Origin: Mobula birostris
Lineage: Eukaryota
Length of the DNA: 64,000 nt
Reading direction: 5' to 3'
Assembly: GCF_030028105.1 (NCBI RefSeq)
Contig: NC_092383.1
Location: 98,107,604 to 98,171,603 of the forward strand
Shown here: piece by piece, positions 27,192-40,429 of the stretch
How positions within the stretch are numbered: position 1 is the first letter of the stretch
How the letters are laid out: every line of letters begins with the position of its first letter
Position numbers and translations under genes: made by a program
Notes under the pieces: generated by a model
Told to the model about the DNA's origin: nothing
The model's database searches: none
What the model saw: the letters and a program-made list of their open reading frames with translations, nothing else

Positions 27192-28078
27192 TGTTACATG
27201 CTCAAGGAGATCTGTTTTTTTTTTGTGAGAATAATGTAATGGTCTTTTGGAGGTCACCTGGTGTGATTTTCCGGCCGATGTGAGGTCACGTGATGACATG
27301 TGACCCATGACTATATAAGGGTCAACTCAGGTGACGCAGTTGGTTTTTGAGTTTGTAGATTCCAGGTAGAATGTGCTGTATCTCCGTTTCTGTTGCGTGT
27401 TTGTTTTTGTGATACAGTTTCATTTTTTAAAACGGTTGTGCGTTCTGTTGCAAGATACCATTATTATTTGGACTGGAAATTTTTGCTAGATGTATTGATT
27501 TACTCAATTCCAACATTAGAAGGGAGAGTGAAGAATTTATCGAAGTTACAGGATCAAAGGATCGAGAGGAGTCGGCATTGTTTGGCAGTTTAATAAAGGA
27601 TCGACCTTATTGAGTCTTCGTTGGAGTAGCAACCTGCATCGAGATAACTCTTGCCAGAAAGAGCAAGGAGTTCACGCAAAAAGGTGCTCTCTCTCTCTAA
27701 AGGAATTTAAGGTCAGTTGATTTAAACTGTTTATTTTCGGCATCGTGAATCCTGTGGACAGAACCAGCAGTAAAGTTGCGTTTCTGAAGAAATCCTTCTC
27801 CAGAGAAGTCTCTCCCAATTGAACGTGTAAATCTGTTGGACTTTCGAAGTTATCGCTTTAAGAACTATATCTGACTGTATCGCTTTAAGAACTGTTTTTG
27901 CATTTAACACTTTAAGAACCAGAGCTGAGTGGCGAGTTGGTGAACAGCTGCATGTCTGTTAACTTCTGGTTAAAGTTTTTGGTTTTTTTTCCTTATCGTT
28001 TATCCATGTTTAATAAATGTTTGGTTATTTTTATACAACCTGTCTTGATTGATATTCATTGTTGCCACTTATGTAACA
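27192..28078 (+). repeat. Central LTR (probably chimeric 3'/5')
   Basis: TGTTACA..TGTAACA termini; PPT on the left and PBS on the right. Confidence 0.9.
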
Positions 28079-31000
28079 TAAATGTTGGGGCTCATGGGAT
28101 ATGTTCTGATTTTGAGTTTAAGTGCTGGTAATTGCCATTTTGATTTGGATAAGGGGAATACCCGATTTTTTTTTGGTTTGATTGCTGTGTGTGTTGTATT
28201 CAGCAACAATGGATATTGACAGGTTTTTGAAGACGCCTGACTCGGGATTTTTAGAGAATGCGAGAAAACCTGAGGTATTGGAGATTGCTAAAAAGTTGGA
28301 TATTAAAGGAATTACGAGAAATTCTACCAAGGCTTTCATACAAAGAAAAATTGCTGAACATTATATTACATTGAATTTATTTGATGAGGAGGTGTTAGAT
28401 AAGTTTCCAATGAGTAATCTGGAAATGCATTTACATCTTGAACAAATAAAGTTAAAGCAATTAGAAGCTGATTTGGAAAAGAGTCGGTTAGAAGCTGTAA
28501 ATAAACAGAAGGAATTCGAGGCTATGGAGGCTATTAAAAAAAGGGAATTCGAAGAAAGAGAAGCCCTTAAAAAAAGAGAATTTGAAGAAAGAGAAGCTCT
28601 TAAAAAAAGTGAGTTTGCAGAAAGAGAAGCTGAAAACCAGAGGAATTCCGAGTTAGAGATACAGAAATTAAAGTTCGAGAGTCAGTCTTCTGGTTCTATG
28701 AAACAGTTTATTGCTAGTCGTGAGGTTATTTTGGCTCCTCCATTTAATGAAGGTGCTGTGGACACATTTTTCCAACATTTCGAAACAGTTGCTCTGAGTT
28801 TAAAGTGGCCGAAAGAGCAATGGCCAGTGGTGTTACAAAGTGTAATTAAAGGCAGGGCACAACAAGTTTATACAGCTTTAAATGCTGAACAAACACTGGA
28901 TTATGATATTGTTAAACGGCACATATTAAAGGCACATGAGATGGTTCCAGAAGCGTATAGAGAAAGATTTAGAAGTTTGAAGAAATCGGTGGAAAAAACT
29001 TACGTGGAATTTGCCTATGAGAAATCTATGTGTTTTGAGAGATGAGTTTCCTCTAAAAATGTGAATGGGGAGTATAATTAATTAAAAGAGTTGATTTTGC
29101 AGAAGGAATATAAAAGAAGCATTCCCGTTGAAGTGAGAACATACTTAAATGAATGGGACACTGCTACATTGCAGGAGACTGCTAAGTTGGCTGACGAGTA
29201 TGTTTTAATTCACAAGAATAAATTTTCTCCAGGTAAAATTTTTAAAAGGAAAACTAGCACAGAGAGTCAAAGTAAATCAGACATTAAATCTGAAGTTAGT
29301 GAGAAAAGTAAGGATGAAGGGAGACATGAAGGAAAGACATTTTGGTCTTATTTGTAATTATTGTAAGAAACCTGGACATGTAGTAGCTAATTGCTTCCGA
29401 TTGAAACGGAAAGAGAAACAAGTGGCCCCAGATGCTTGTGTGCAGCATATTGAAAAACCTGTAAAATCACAGGGTTTAGAAAATATTGATGAAGGTGTGT
29501 CAGAGTCTGACCAAGTTGAGAAGGAATATGAGGTTTTTATAACAGAAGGATTTGTATCCTTGAAAGAAGGATCCAATGCAGTACTGATAGGGATACTTAG
29601 AGATACTGGAGCTTCACAATCACTAATATTAGAGAGTGTGCTAAGGTCTAGTGATGAGTCTGACATTTGTGAGGTAAACTAAATAAGAGGGGTAGGGAGT
29701 GCCCTTATGCCAGTACATTTACATAGAGTAAATTTAAGGTCAGGATTAGTTACAGGGGTTGTTAAAGTAGGGCTACAATCCAGTTTACCTGTGAATGATG
29801 TTTCTCTTTTGTTAGGGAATGATTTAGCAGATGGACAAGTTTTTCCTGAAGTGCATTTGACAATAAATTCAAATTCTGAGGAACCACAGAGGGATTCTAA
29901 CACAGATTCGTCCTGTGTTGTAACAAGAGCTATGGCTAAAAAGACTGATGTAAAGGATGAGGTTGTTACCCATGACAGTTCCAATCAGGATTCAAGTATT
30001 GAGGATGTATCAGAAACTTTCTTACCTACATTATTTGATCAGGATTTTGGGGGTAAGCCTGACCAGGAAGATTTGTCTTTATCTCGGAAGGAGATGATAG
30101 CAGAGCAGGGTAGAGATCCTGAGATAGTTAAATTAAAAGAACAAGCTCTTCCAGATAGTGAAATTGAAAAAGTACCGGTTGGATATTATTTTGAAAAGGG
30201 GGTATTAATGAGAAAGTGGAGATCGCCTACAATTCCTGCTTGTGAGGAATGGGAAGTTAATAATCAGGTAGTAGTTCCTAAAATTTACCGAAATGAGATT
30301 TTAACTATGACTCATAGTATTCCTTTGGGTGGCCATTTAGGTGTAAAGAAAACTATGCACAAAGTTTCTAAACATTTTTATTGGCCTAGTTTAAGACAAG
30401 ATGTGGTGACATTTTGTAAAATGTGTCATACGTGTCAAATTGTTGGTAAACCTAATCAGGTTACTCCAGTGGCCCCACTGCAACCAATTCCAGTATTTGG
30501 TGAGCCGTTTTCAAAAATCATTGTAGACTGTGTAGGCCCTTTGCCAAAAACTAAAACTGGACATCAATATTTATTAACTATTATGTGTACAGTGTCTAGG
30601 TATCCAGAAGCCGTACCTCTTAGGAATATAACAGGCGAAACTGGGACAAAGGTTCTTATAAAATTCTTCACTTATTTTGGGTTGCCTAAGGAAATACAAT
30701 CAAATCAAGGTAGTAATTTTATGTCTGGGTTGTTTCAGCAGATAGTTTATAAACTGGGACCAAAGCAGATTATTTCCTCAGCCTATCATCCAGAATCACA
30801 AGGAGCCTTGGAGAGAGTTCATTCTACACTAAAAACTATGATTAGGACATATCGTGTGGAAAATGAAAAGGACTGAGATGAAGGTATACATATACTACTT
30901 TTTGCAGTAAGGGAGGCAGTACAGGAATCATTAGGTTTTAGTCCTTTTGAACTTGTGTTTGGACATAGAGTTCGAGGACCTTCAGCTTAGTTGAAGGAAC

Positions 31001-32542
31001 AGTGGATTAATAAAGAAGTGCACACTAGTTTGTTAGATTATGTTTTGAAATTTAAAGACAGATTGTACAAAGCTTGTAGCTTGGCCAAGGAAAATTTAAA
31101 GTTAGCTCAAGAGAAGATGAAGACGTGGTATGATAAGGAAGCTAGGATGAAGTCATTTAAGTCTGGAGGTAAGGTGTTGGTTCACTTCCCAGTGCAAACA
31201 AATGCATTGCAAGCCAAATTCCATGGTCCTTATGAGATTAAATCTAAGGTAAATGATGTGGATTATGTGGTAAAAATCCCAGATTGGAGAAAGACAATAC
31301 AGCTGTGTCATATAAATATGATAAAACCGTATTATGAGAGAGAAGTTGCTACTATGACTGTGGTGATCGATAATGAGTCTGATCTTGATGAAAACTTACT
31401 GGAGGATTCATCCGAAACTCATGTTAAACCCAACATTATTTCAGCCAGGTTACCAAATTCAAAAATTCTGGAAAATATTGATGAGAAATTAGCTCATTTA
31501 CAGCCAGAGCAGAGAGAACAGATGAAACAGTTAATTTTTAAGTATAGAGATTTATTTCCAGACATCCCTAGAAGAACCACCGTAGCTACACATGATGTAG
31601 ATGTTGGAGATGCAAAACCCATAAAACAACATCCATATCGAATGAACAGGGAAAAATGTGAACTTGCTGAACAAGAAATTAAGTATATGTTAGAGAATGA
31701 TATTATTAGACATTCTAATTTGAATTGGAGTTCACCATATGTTATGGTGCCTAAGCCAGACAATAGTATTAGGTTTTGTACGGATCACAGGAAGGTGAAT
31801 GCTGTGACAAAGACTGATGCATATCCAATCCCTAGGGTAGATGATTGTGTGGATAAAGTTGGACAGGCCAAATTCGTTACAAAAATTGATATATTAAAAG
31901 GTTATTGGTGTGTTCCATTGACGGATAGAGGTAGAGAGATTTCAGCATTTGTAACCCCATTTGGGTTATATGAATATAATGTTCTTCCATTTGGGATGAA
32001 GAATGCACCAGGTACTTTTCAGAGGATGATTAATAGCATGATTCAGGGATTAAAAGATACAGATGCCTATATTGATGATTTGGTTACAGGAAATAACATG
32101 TAGAAAGCACATATTATGGTGGTGGAGAAATTATTTGAGAGACTTTCAAAAGCTAACTTAACTATTAACTTAGCTGAAAGTGAATTTGGTCATGCCACTG
32201 TGACAGTTAAGGAAAAAGGTTAGGGAAATTAGACTCCAATTTAATACCACAGTTTAATGTTACAGGAGTACAATATTTTGATCACTCTTATTAAGGGTAA
32301 AGACAATGTTTGTCAATCAATGATTGTTTGTCTAGATGTTAAATGTACAATGAAAATTTGTTTTTTTGGAGCAATATTTTAACATTTGTAACACTCCTAC
32401 TGTACATTAGTTTGTAAAGGGCTGAAAGATAAGATTGTATGTATTGTGTATTTTGTAAATTTTATACATTTGTATTTTTTTTTGTATAAACTGTTAAAAT
32501 TTTGTTCTTCAAGAGACCAACATTTTTTTTTCTGGAGGGAGT

Positions 32543-33436
32543 TGTTACATGCTCAAGGAGATCTGTTTTTTTTTTGTGAGAATGATGTAATGGTCTTTTG
32601 GAGGTCACCTGGTGTGATTTTCCGGCCGATGTGAGGTCACGTGATGACATGTGACCCATGACTATATAAGGGTCAACTCAGGTGACGCAGTTGGTTTTTG
32701 AGTTTGTAGATTCCAGGTAGAATGTGCTGTATCTCCGTTTCTGTTGCGTGTTTGTTTTTGTGACACAGTTTCATTTTTTAAAACGGTTGTGCGTTCTGTT
32801 GCAAGATACCATTATTATTTGGACTGGAAATTTTTGCTAGATGTATTGATTTACTCAATTCCAACATTAGAAGGGAGAGTGAAGAATTTATCGAAGTTAC
32901 AGGATCAAAGGATCGAGAGGAGTCGGCATCGTTTGGCAATTTAATAAAGGATCGACCTTATTGAGTCTTCGTTGGAGTAGCAACCTGCATCGAGATAACT
33001 CTTGCCAGAAAGAGAAAGGAGCTCATGCAAAAAGGTGCTCTCTCTCTCTCTAAAGGAATTTAAGGTCAGTTGATTTAAACTGTTTATTTTCGGCATCGTG
33101 AATCCTGTGGACAGAACCAGCAGTAAAGTTGCGTCTGTGAAGAAATCCTTCTCCAGAGAAGTCTCTCCCAATTGAACGTGTAAATCTGTTGGACTTTCGA
33201 AGTTATGGCTTTAAGAATTGTTTTCGTATTTAACGCTTTAAGAACCGTTTTCGCATTTAACGCTTTCAGAACTAGAGCTGAGTGGCAAGTTGGTGAACGG
33301 CTGCATGTCTGTTAACTTCTGGTTAAAGTTTTCATTTGTTTTTTTTTACCTTATCGTTTATCCGTGTTTAATAAATGTTTGGTTATTTTTATATAACCTG
33401 TCTCGATTGATATTCATTATTGCTGTTTACGTAACA
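32543..33436 (+). repeat. 3' LTR of the plus-strand Gmr1 element
   Basis: TGTTACA..CGTAACA termini; direct repeat of 27192-28078. Confidence 0.9.
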
Positions 33437-34059
33437 CTATTCTCAACTTCCGCTTCTCTGCATGAACATCAGGCTGCAGAAGATGACACAATGGAAGCTG
33501 TCATCTCAAAGACCAAGGATTAGGCTGATGCCCAACACCTACCCCAGAAGATGTTGGTGGAGCACGGGGGGGGGGGGTAGACATATAGGCTCCCTGTACA
33601 TTTGTGATGTGTAACAATGGCAGAAGGGCCGACAACCTTGACCACTGTCTCCTACAGGCCTCAGTATTCATGTTGGGATGCGTATACTGTAGCTCTTCAC
33701 CCCACGGATTGTCAATGTTTTGAACATTGACGGGACTTTAGGAGTGGCTAGAGTCACTACAGCTATGCAACTAAGAGCCCCACCACAGGAGATATCAGAG
33801 ACACAGATCACTCCTGCACAGACTATTACACAATTAAAGTGAAGCAAAACTATGCTCAAAAATAACAAGTGCACAGGAGATGGAGATGCATTTGGGTGGG
33901 AGTGGAAAAGAAGACCTTGAATGGGGACTCTGCTGGCTTGTCCCCTCTTCAACCCCTCACTGGTGCAGACGGAGTTTCCCACATTGCTCTGTTCTCTCTC
34001 CTCTCGTGAGTGTGTGACTGTGCACAGCTCAAACCACATCTATAAATTGCCAGTGGCAC

Positions 34060-34846
34060 AGCTATTGTTGGCAGAATCTCAGATGGCGATTACAGGAGTG
34101 AAGTAGATCAGCTGTTTGAGTGGTCTTGCAATCACAACCATCTACTCAACATCAGAAAGACCAAGGAACTGATTGTGGACTTCAGGAAGGAGAAGTGGGA
34201 GAACACAGTCCAGTCCTCACTGAGGGATCAGCAGTGAAAAGTGTGGGCAGCTTCACGTTCCTGGCTGTCAACATCTCAGAGGATTTGTCTGCCCCAGGCC
34301 CACCATATTGATGCAATCAGGATGAAAGTGTGCCAGTGGCTGTACTTTATAAGGAAGTTATGTCACCAAACCAAACACTCCAGCAGATTTCTGCAGTTGT
34401 ACCATGGAGAGCATGCTGACTGGTTGTGTCACCGTCTAGTATGGAGGTTACTGTGCACAGGGGTGTAAAAGGGTTCAGAAGGTTGTAGACCCAGTAGAGC
34501 ACAACCCCTCTCCATCATCCCGGATGTTTTCCAAAGGCAGTGCTTCAAGGAGGTGGCATCCATCATTAAGGACCCTCCTCATCTGGAACTTGACCCTTCT
34601 CATTATTACTGTACAGGAGCCTGAAGACCCACACTCAACGTTCCAGGAACAGCCTAGAAGTTCCTCTTCTATCATCTGCTGTCTGAGTTCTGAACTGTCA
34701 TAACGCATCAAAACTACCCCATCATTCCTCTTTTGCACTCATTGTGATTGTAACCTATAGTAATTTGTCATGCCTGCACTCCACTGCTGACATAATGCAA
34801 CACATTTCCTGACTTGTGGTAGTGATGATAAACCTGATTCTGATTC
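34060..34846 (+). mobile_element. Rex1/L2-type LINE 3' fragment
   Basis: caacatcagaaagaccaaggaactgattgtggacttcagg (NIxKTKELIVDFR); tail gataaacctgattctgattc. Confidence 0.75.
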
Positions 34847-34959
34847 CAAAATGGGCCATCTTCTCTTGGTTAAGAGAGAAAAAAGTAACCTCCTAGGACC
34901 AGTGGATATTGTTCTGAATGGCCTGGCCTGGGAAGATGGAGAGATGGAGCTGAATTCTG

Positions 34960-37900
34960 AAGGAAGGCAGTTTTTTTTAAAAACTTCTTTGAGCGCAAGA
35001 AGTATGAGACTGTGCAGGCGTGTGATGTAACAGGACAGCGCGGCGAGTTTAAAAAGGAGACCACCCTATACAACGGGCAGCTGTCAGAGCGGGCAACGGA
35101 GTGAGTGGTAGCAGAGTGTAGGGCTTTGGCTTCAACTGGCTTTGGCAGTAACAGGAAGAGGTGAGAGCGAGGCACCAACTCTTTTTTTTTGCCCCTTGGC
35201 GAATCGGCCTATGCTTTGTTCAGGGTGTCAGGTGTGGGAATCCTGGGAGACCTCCAGCCTCCCTGATGGCCACATCTGCGCCAGGTGCACTGAGATGCAG
35301 CTCCTCAGAGACCGTGTTAGGGATCTGGAGCTGCAGCTTGATGACCTACTGCTTATCAGGGAAAGTGAAGAGGTGATCGACAGGAGCTACAGGGAGGTAG
35401 TTATCCCCAGGCTACAGGGGTCAGAAAATTGGGTGACTGCCAGGAGAGGGAAGGAAAATGCCCGGATAGTGGAGAGCACACCTGTGGCAACAAATATCTT
35501 GTTCTGGATGCTGTTGGGGGGGATGACCTGACAGGGGACGCTCACGGTGACCAGGTCACTGGGACTGAGCCTGGTGCTGTTGTGCAGGAGAGAAGGAGGG
35601 AGAGAGGAATGTGATAGTCATAGGGGATTCCATAGTCAGGGGAATGGACAGGAGATTCTGTCAGCCTGATAGAGATACCCGCATGGTGTGTTGCCTCCCA
35701 GGTGCCAGGGTACGGGGTGTCTCGGATCGGGTCCAGAATATTCTGAAGGGGGAGGGTGAGCAGCCAGTTATCTTGGTACATGTTGGTACCAATGACATAG
35801 ATAGGACAGGGAAGGAGGTCCTGAAGAGAGATTTCTGGGAGTTAGGAAGGAAGCTGAGAAGCAGGACCTCCAGGGTAGTAATCTCGGGATTGCTACCTGT
35901 GTCACGTGCTAGCGAGGGCAAGAATAGTAGGATCAGGCAGATGAATGCATGGCTGAGAGACTGGTGCAGGGGGCAGGGCTTCAGATTCTTGGATAATTGG
36001 GATCTCTTCTGGGGGAAGTATGACCTGTTCAAAATGGACAGGTTACACCTGAACCCGAAGGGGACCAATATCCTGGCGGGAAGGTTTAATAGAGCTGTTA
36101 GGGAGTGTTTAAACTAATTTGGCAGGGGGATGAGAACCGGAATGATAGAATGGAGGAAGAGGAAAACAGAAATAAATCTGAGATAGTGAGAAGTAAAGAT
36201 GTCAGGAAAGACAGGCAGGTGATGGTGCAAATTTGTAGCCATTGCGATGAGTTGCAGTGCAATAAAGTTACAGTGAAATCAAAGTGAAAAGTACCAAATA
36301 CTGGTCTTAAGGTGTTATACTTAAATGCACGCAACATAAGGAATAAGGTGGATGATCTTGTCGTACAGTTACAGATTGGCAGGTATGATATCGTGGCCAT
36401 CACTGAGACGTGGCTAAAGGATGCATGTCTCTGGGAGCTGAACGTCCAAGGATATACAGTGTATCGGAAGGATAGGAAGGTAGGCAGAGGGGGAGGTGTG
36501 GCTTTATTGGTAAGAAATGATATTAAATCATTAGAAAGAGGAGACATAGGATCGGAAGGTGCAGAATCTTTATGGGTTGAGCTACGAAATCGCAGGGGTA
36601 AAAGGACCCTGATGACAGTTATATATAGGCCTCCAAACAGCTGCAATGATGTGGACTACAGGAAATAGAAAAGGCTTGTCAGAAGGGCAGTGTTATGATA
36701 ATTGTGGAGGATTTTAATATGCGAGTGGATTCGGAAAATCAGGTCGGCACTGGATCTCAAGAGAGAGAATTTGTAGAATGTCTGCGAGATGGCTTTTTAG
36801 CACAGCTTATTGTTGATCCCAATAGGGGATCGGCTGTACTGGATTGGGTGTTGTGTAATGAACCGGAGGTGATTAGAGAGATTGAGGTGAAGGAACCCTT
36901 AGGAGGCAGTGATCATAACATGATTGAGTTCACTGTGAAATTTGAAAAAGAGAAGCCGAAATCCGATGTGTTGGTATTTCAGTGGAGTAAAGGAAATTAC
37001 AGTGGCATGAGAGAGGAACTGGCCAAAGTTGACTGGAAAGGGACACTGGCAGGAAAGAGGGCAGAGCAGCAGTGGCTGGAGTTTATGCGAGAAGTGAGGA
37101 AGGTGCAAGATAGGTATATTCCAAAAAAGAAGAAATTTTCGAATGGAAAAAGGATGCAACCGTGGCTGACAAGAGAAGTCAAAGTCAAAGTTAAAGCAAA
37201 GGAGAAGGCATATAAGGAAGCAAAACTTAGTGGGAAGACAGAGGATTGGGAAGTTTTTAAAAGCTTACAAAAGGAAACTAAGAAGGTCATTAAGAGGGAA
37301 AATATTAACTATGAAAGGAAGCTAGCAAATAATATCGAAGAGGTTACTAAAAGCTTTTTCAAGTATATAAAGAGTAAAAGACAGGTGAGAGTAGATATAG
37401 GACCGATAGAAAATGATGCTGGAGAAATTGTAATGGGAGATAAGGAGATGGCAGAGGAACTGAACAAGTATTTTGCATCAGTCTTCACTGAGGAAGACAT
37501 CAGCAGTATACCGGACACTCAAGGGTGGCAGGGAAGAGAAGTGTGTGCAGTCAAAATTACGACAGAGAAAGTACTCAGGAAACTGAATAGTCTAAAGGTA
37601 GATAAATCTCCCGGACCAGATGGAATGCACCCTTGTGTTCTGAAGGAAGTAGCTGTGGAGATTGCGGAAGCATTAGCGATGATCTTTCAAAAGTCGATAG
37701 ATTCTGGCATGGTTCTGGAGGACTGGAAGATTGCAAATGTCACTCCGCTATTTAAGAAGGGGGCAAGGAAGCAAAAAGGAAATTATAGACCTGTTAGCTT
37801 GACATCAGTGGTTGGGAAGTTGTTGGAGTCGATTGTCAAGGATGAGGTTACGGAGTACCTGGAGGCATATGACAAGATAGGCAGAACTCAGCATGGATTC

Positions 37901-39182
37901 CTGAAAAGAAAATCCTGCCTGACAAACCTATTACAATTTTTTGAGGAAATTACCAGTAGGCTAGACAAGGGAGATGCAGTGGATGTTGTATATTTGGATT
38001 TTCAGAAGGCCTTTGACAAGGTGCCACACATGAGGCTACTTAACAAGATAAGAGCCCATAGAATTACGGGAAAGTTACATACATGGATAGAGCGTTGACT
38101 GATTGGCAGGAAACAGAGAGTGGGAATAAAGGGATCCTATTCTGGTTGGCTGCCGGTTACCAGTGGTGTTCCACAGGGGTCCGTGTTGGGGCCGCTTCTT
38201 TTTACATGGTACATCAATGATTTGGATTATGGAATAGGTGGCTTTGTGGCTAAGTTTGCTGATGATACGAAGATAGGTGGAGGGGCCGGTAGTGCTGAGG
38301 AAACAGAGTCTGCAGAGAGACTTGGATAGATTGGAAGAGTGGGCAAAGAAGTGGCAAATGAAATACAATGTTGGAAAGTGTATGGTTATGCACTTTGACA
38401 GAAGAAATAAACAGGCAGACTATTATTTAAATGGGGAGAGAATTCAAAGTTCTGAGATGCACTGGGACTTGGGAGTCCTCGTACAGGATACCCTTAAGGT
38501 TAACCTCCAGGTTGAGTTGGTGGTGAAGAAGGCGAATGCAATGTTGGCATTCATTTCTAGAGGAATAGAGTATAGGAGCAGGGATATGACGTTGAGGCTC
38601 TATAAGGTGCTGGTGAGACCTCACTTGGAGTACTGTGGGCAGTTTGGGCTCCTTATTTAAGAAAGGATGTGCTGACGTTGGAGAGGTTACAGAGAAGATA
38701 CACCAGAATGATTCCGGGAATGAGAGGATTAACATATGAGGAACGTTTGTCCGCTCTTGGACTGCATTCCTTGGAGCTTAGAAGAATGAGGGGACACCTC
38801 ATAGAAACATTTCGAATGTTGAAAGGCATGGACAGAGTGGATGTGGCAAAGTTGTTTCCCATGATGGGGGAGTCTAGTACGAGAGGGCGTGACCTAAGGA
38901 TTGAAGGGCACCCTTTCAGAACAGAGATGCGAAGAAATTTCTTTAGCCAAAGGGTGGTGAATCTATGGAATTTGTTGCCATGAGTGGCAGTGGAGGCCAA
39001 GTCATTGGGTGTACTTAAGGCAGAGATTGATAGGTATCTGAGTAGTCAGGGCATCAAAGCTTATGGTGAGAAGGCGGGGGAGTGGGACTAAATGGGAGAA
39101 TGGATCAGCTCATGATAAAAAGGCGGAGCAGACTCGATGGACCGAATTGCCGACTTCTGCTCCTTTGTCTTACGGTCTAAAT
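34960..39182 (+). mobile_element. Near full-length CR1 LINE: 5' UTR, ORF1 (Cys motif/coiled coil + SGNH esterase), ORF2 (EN + RT), frameshifted
   Basis: ORF1: CSGC..CARC..LELQLDDL and VIGDSIVRG..VHVGTND..DRLHLN. ORF2 pieces at 36312-39000 carry full EN/RT motifs (FADD). Tail cttacggtctaaatggtc. Closely similar to the CR1 at 6710-9846. Confidence 0.92.
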
Positions 39183-39189
39183 GGTCAGA

Positions 39190-39500
39190 GTGGATCATTT
39201 GGGTCAGAATGGAGCCCAGTCGACTGGCCATCACCTGGACAGAGAACCTATATTCTACACTGAGTGGAGTCTGGGTGCCAGTTTCTCAAACAGTGGAGCC
39301 CTTCACCATGAGAAGGGCATCACCCTTCTCACCAGGCTTTCTCCTAACACCCTGGTGTAGTCACATCCCAGGATATCCTGAAAGAACCGGAGGCCTTTTG
39401 AGAGTCAGCCCGTAAAGCCCCAGGGATTTGCCTCTCTGGAGCTGGTTGAGGGCACTGGTCAGTTACTCCAGCATCAGGGGAGCATCTGGTCATTGGTGTG
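39190..39500 (-). mobile_element. Tx1/L1-clade RT fragment, degraded
   Basis: Minus reading LTSALNQLQRGKSLGLYGL..FRIxWD..KNWxP..VEYR..MASRLGSILTQMIH. Confidence 0.7.
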
Positions 39501-40429
39501 CTCTCCCACAAAACTCCATCCATCCTCGATGGATGGGTCAGGTGAGAACAGTCTTGTTAATAGAGCGGACTGTCATAACAATTCTCAACAGATCTGTGAC
39601 ACTGCACGGAGAGACTGCAAATCACTCTGTTCGGTAGCCTGTGTTCTGTAGGACCATCCACCATTTGGGATGTACGCCTTGAGCATGTGGCATTGACCAG
39701 GGCTCCTGTTTATCACCACGCCCGTGGTCTGGTCAGGGACACATCTCACTCAGACTGCAGGATAAACAATATTCCTATATATCATAGAAGCTGTGATAAT
39801 GCCTACTTTACAACCCACAGCCTCAGACACTGCCAAAAAACTGCCTCCCATTCCAATACACAGGTGCACATAACTTTTCACAACTTTTTTCACACCTGTT
39901 GCAGAAAAGCTGCCACATCTTCAGGAACTGGACCACCCGGGAAGGACCAAGGTCTCACTGACATGGTCAGCACTACAGAGTCAGAAAATAAAAACACATG
40001 AAAAGTTATAAAATAGCAAGCAACCAGCAAGATTCACAGCTGATTAGGACAGTTCAGAGGAGAGGAAAGGCAGGAATATTCGCCAGATGTGCAGGAATGT
40101 CCTGTGTGATGTGATGGATCTTCAGTGCCGTCCCTCGTGCTTTGCAGAAAAGCATCTTTCTCCAGGCCCAGGCTGCACAGAATTCAAGAGTGACAATGGA
40201 AAAAAAGTTCACCCAGTTAAACAAGCTGAGCAATCAGTGCTCTGAAACACAGTAAAAACCTTGAAAATCAAAATCCTTTCAAGAAGAACCCACTGCCAAA
40301 GATGAAATCCAAACTGTTGAGTTTTCCTTCAGTTGTTCTTCAGAACTTTCATTCTTTAACCCCTAGCATGACAAACAGAGTTCCTTTCTGTGACTAACAC
40401 TAAGAATGTGAGATGGAACATGATAATGA

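Larger units (their letters stand above)
26436..33436 (+). mobile_element. Gmr1-like Ty3/gypsy element with a partial tandem duplication (LTR fragment - RT/3' region - LTR - gag/PR/INT/RT - LTR)
   Basis: LTRs at 27192-28078 and 32543-33436, each preceded by the PPT GGAGGGAG, plus an LTR fragment at 26436-26545. Degenerate Pro PBS at 28086-28100. SCAN-like gag (FFQHFE..WPKEQW), CNYCKKPGHVVANC, ILRDTGASQS, INT (29707-30876) before RT (30991-32103, YIDD). Flanks CTAC/CTAT. Confidence 0.95.
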
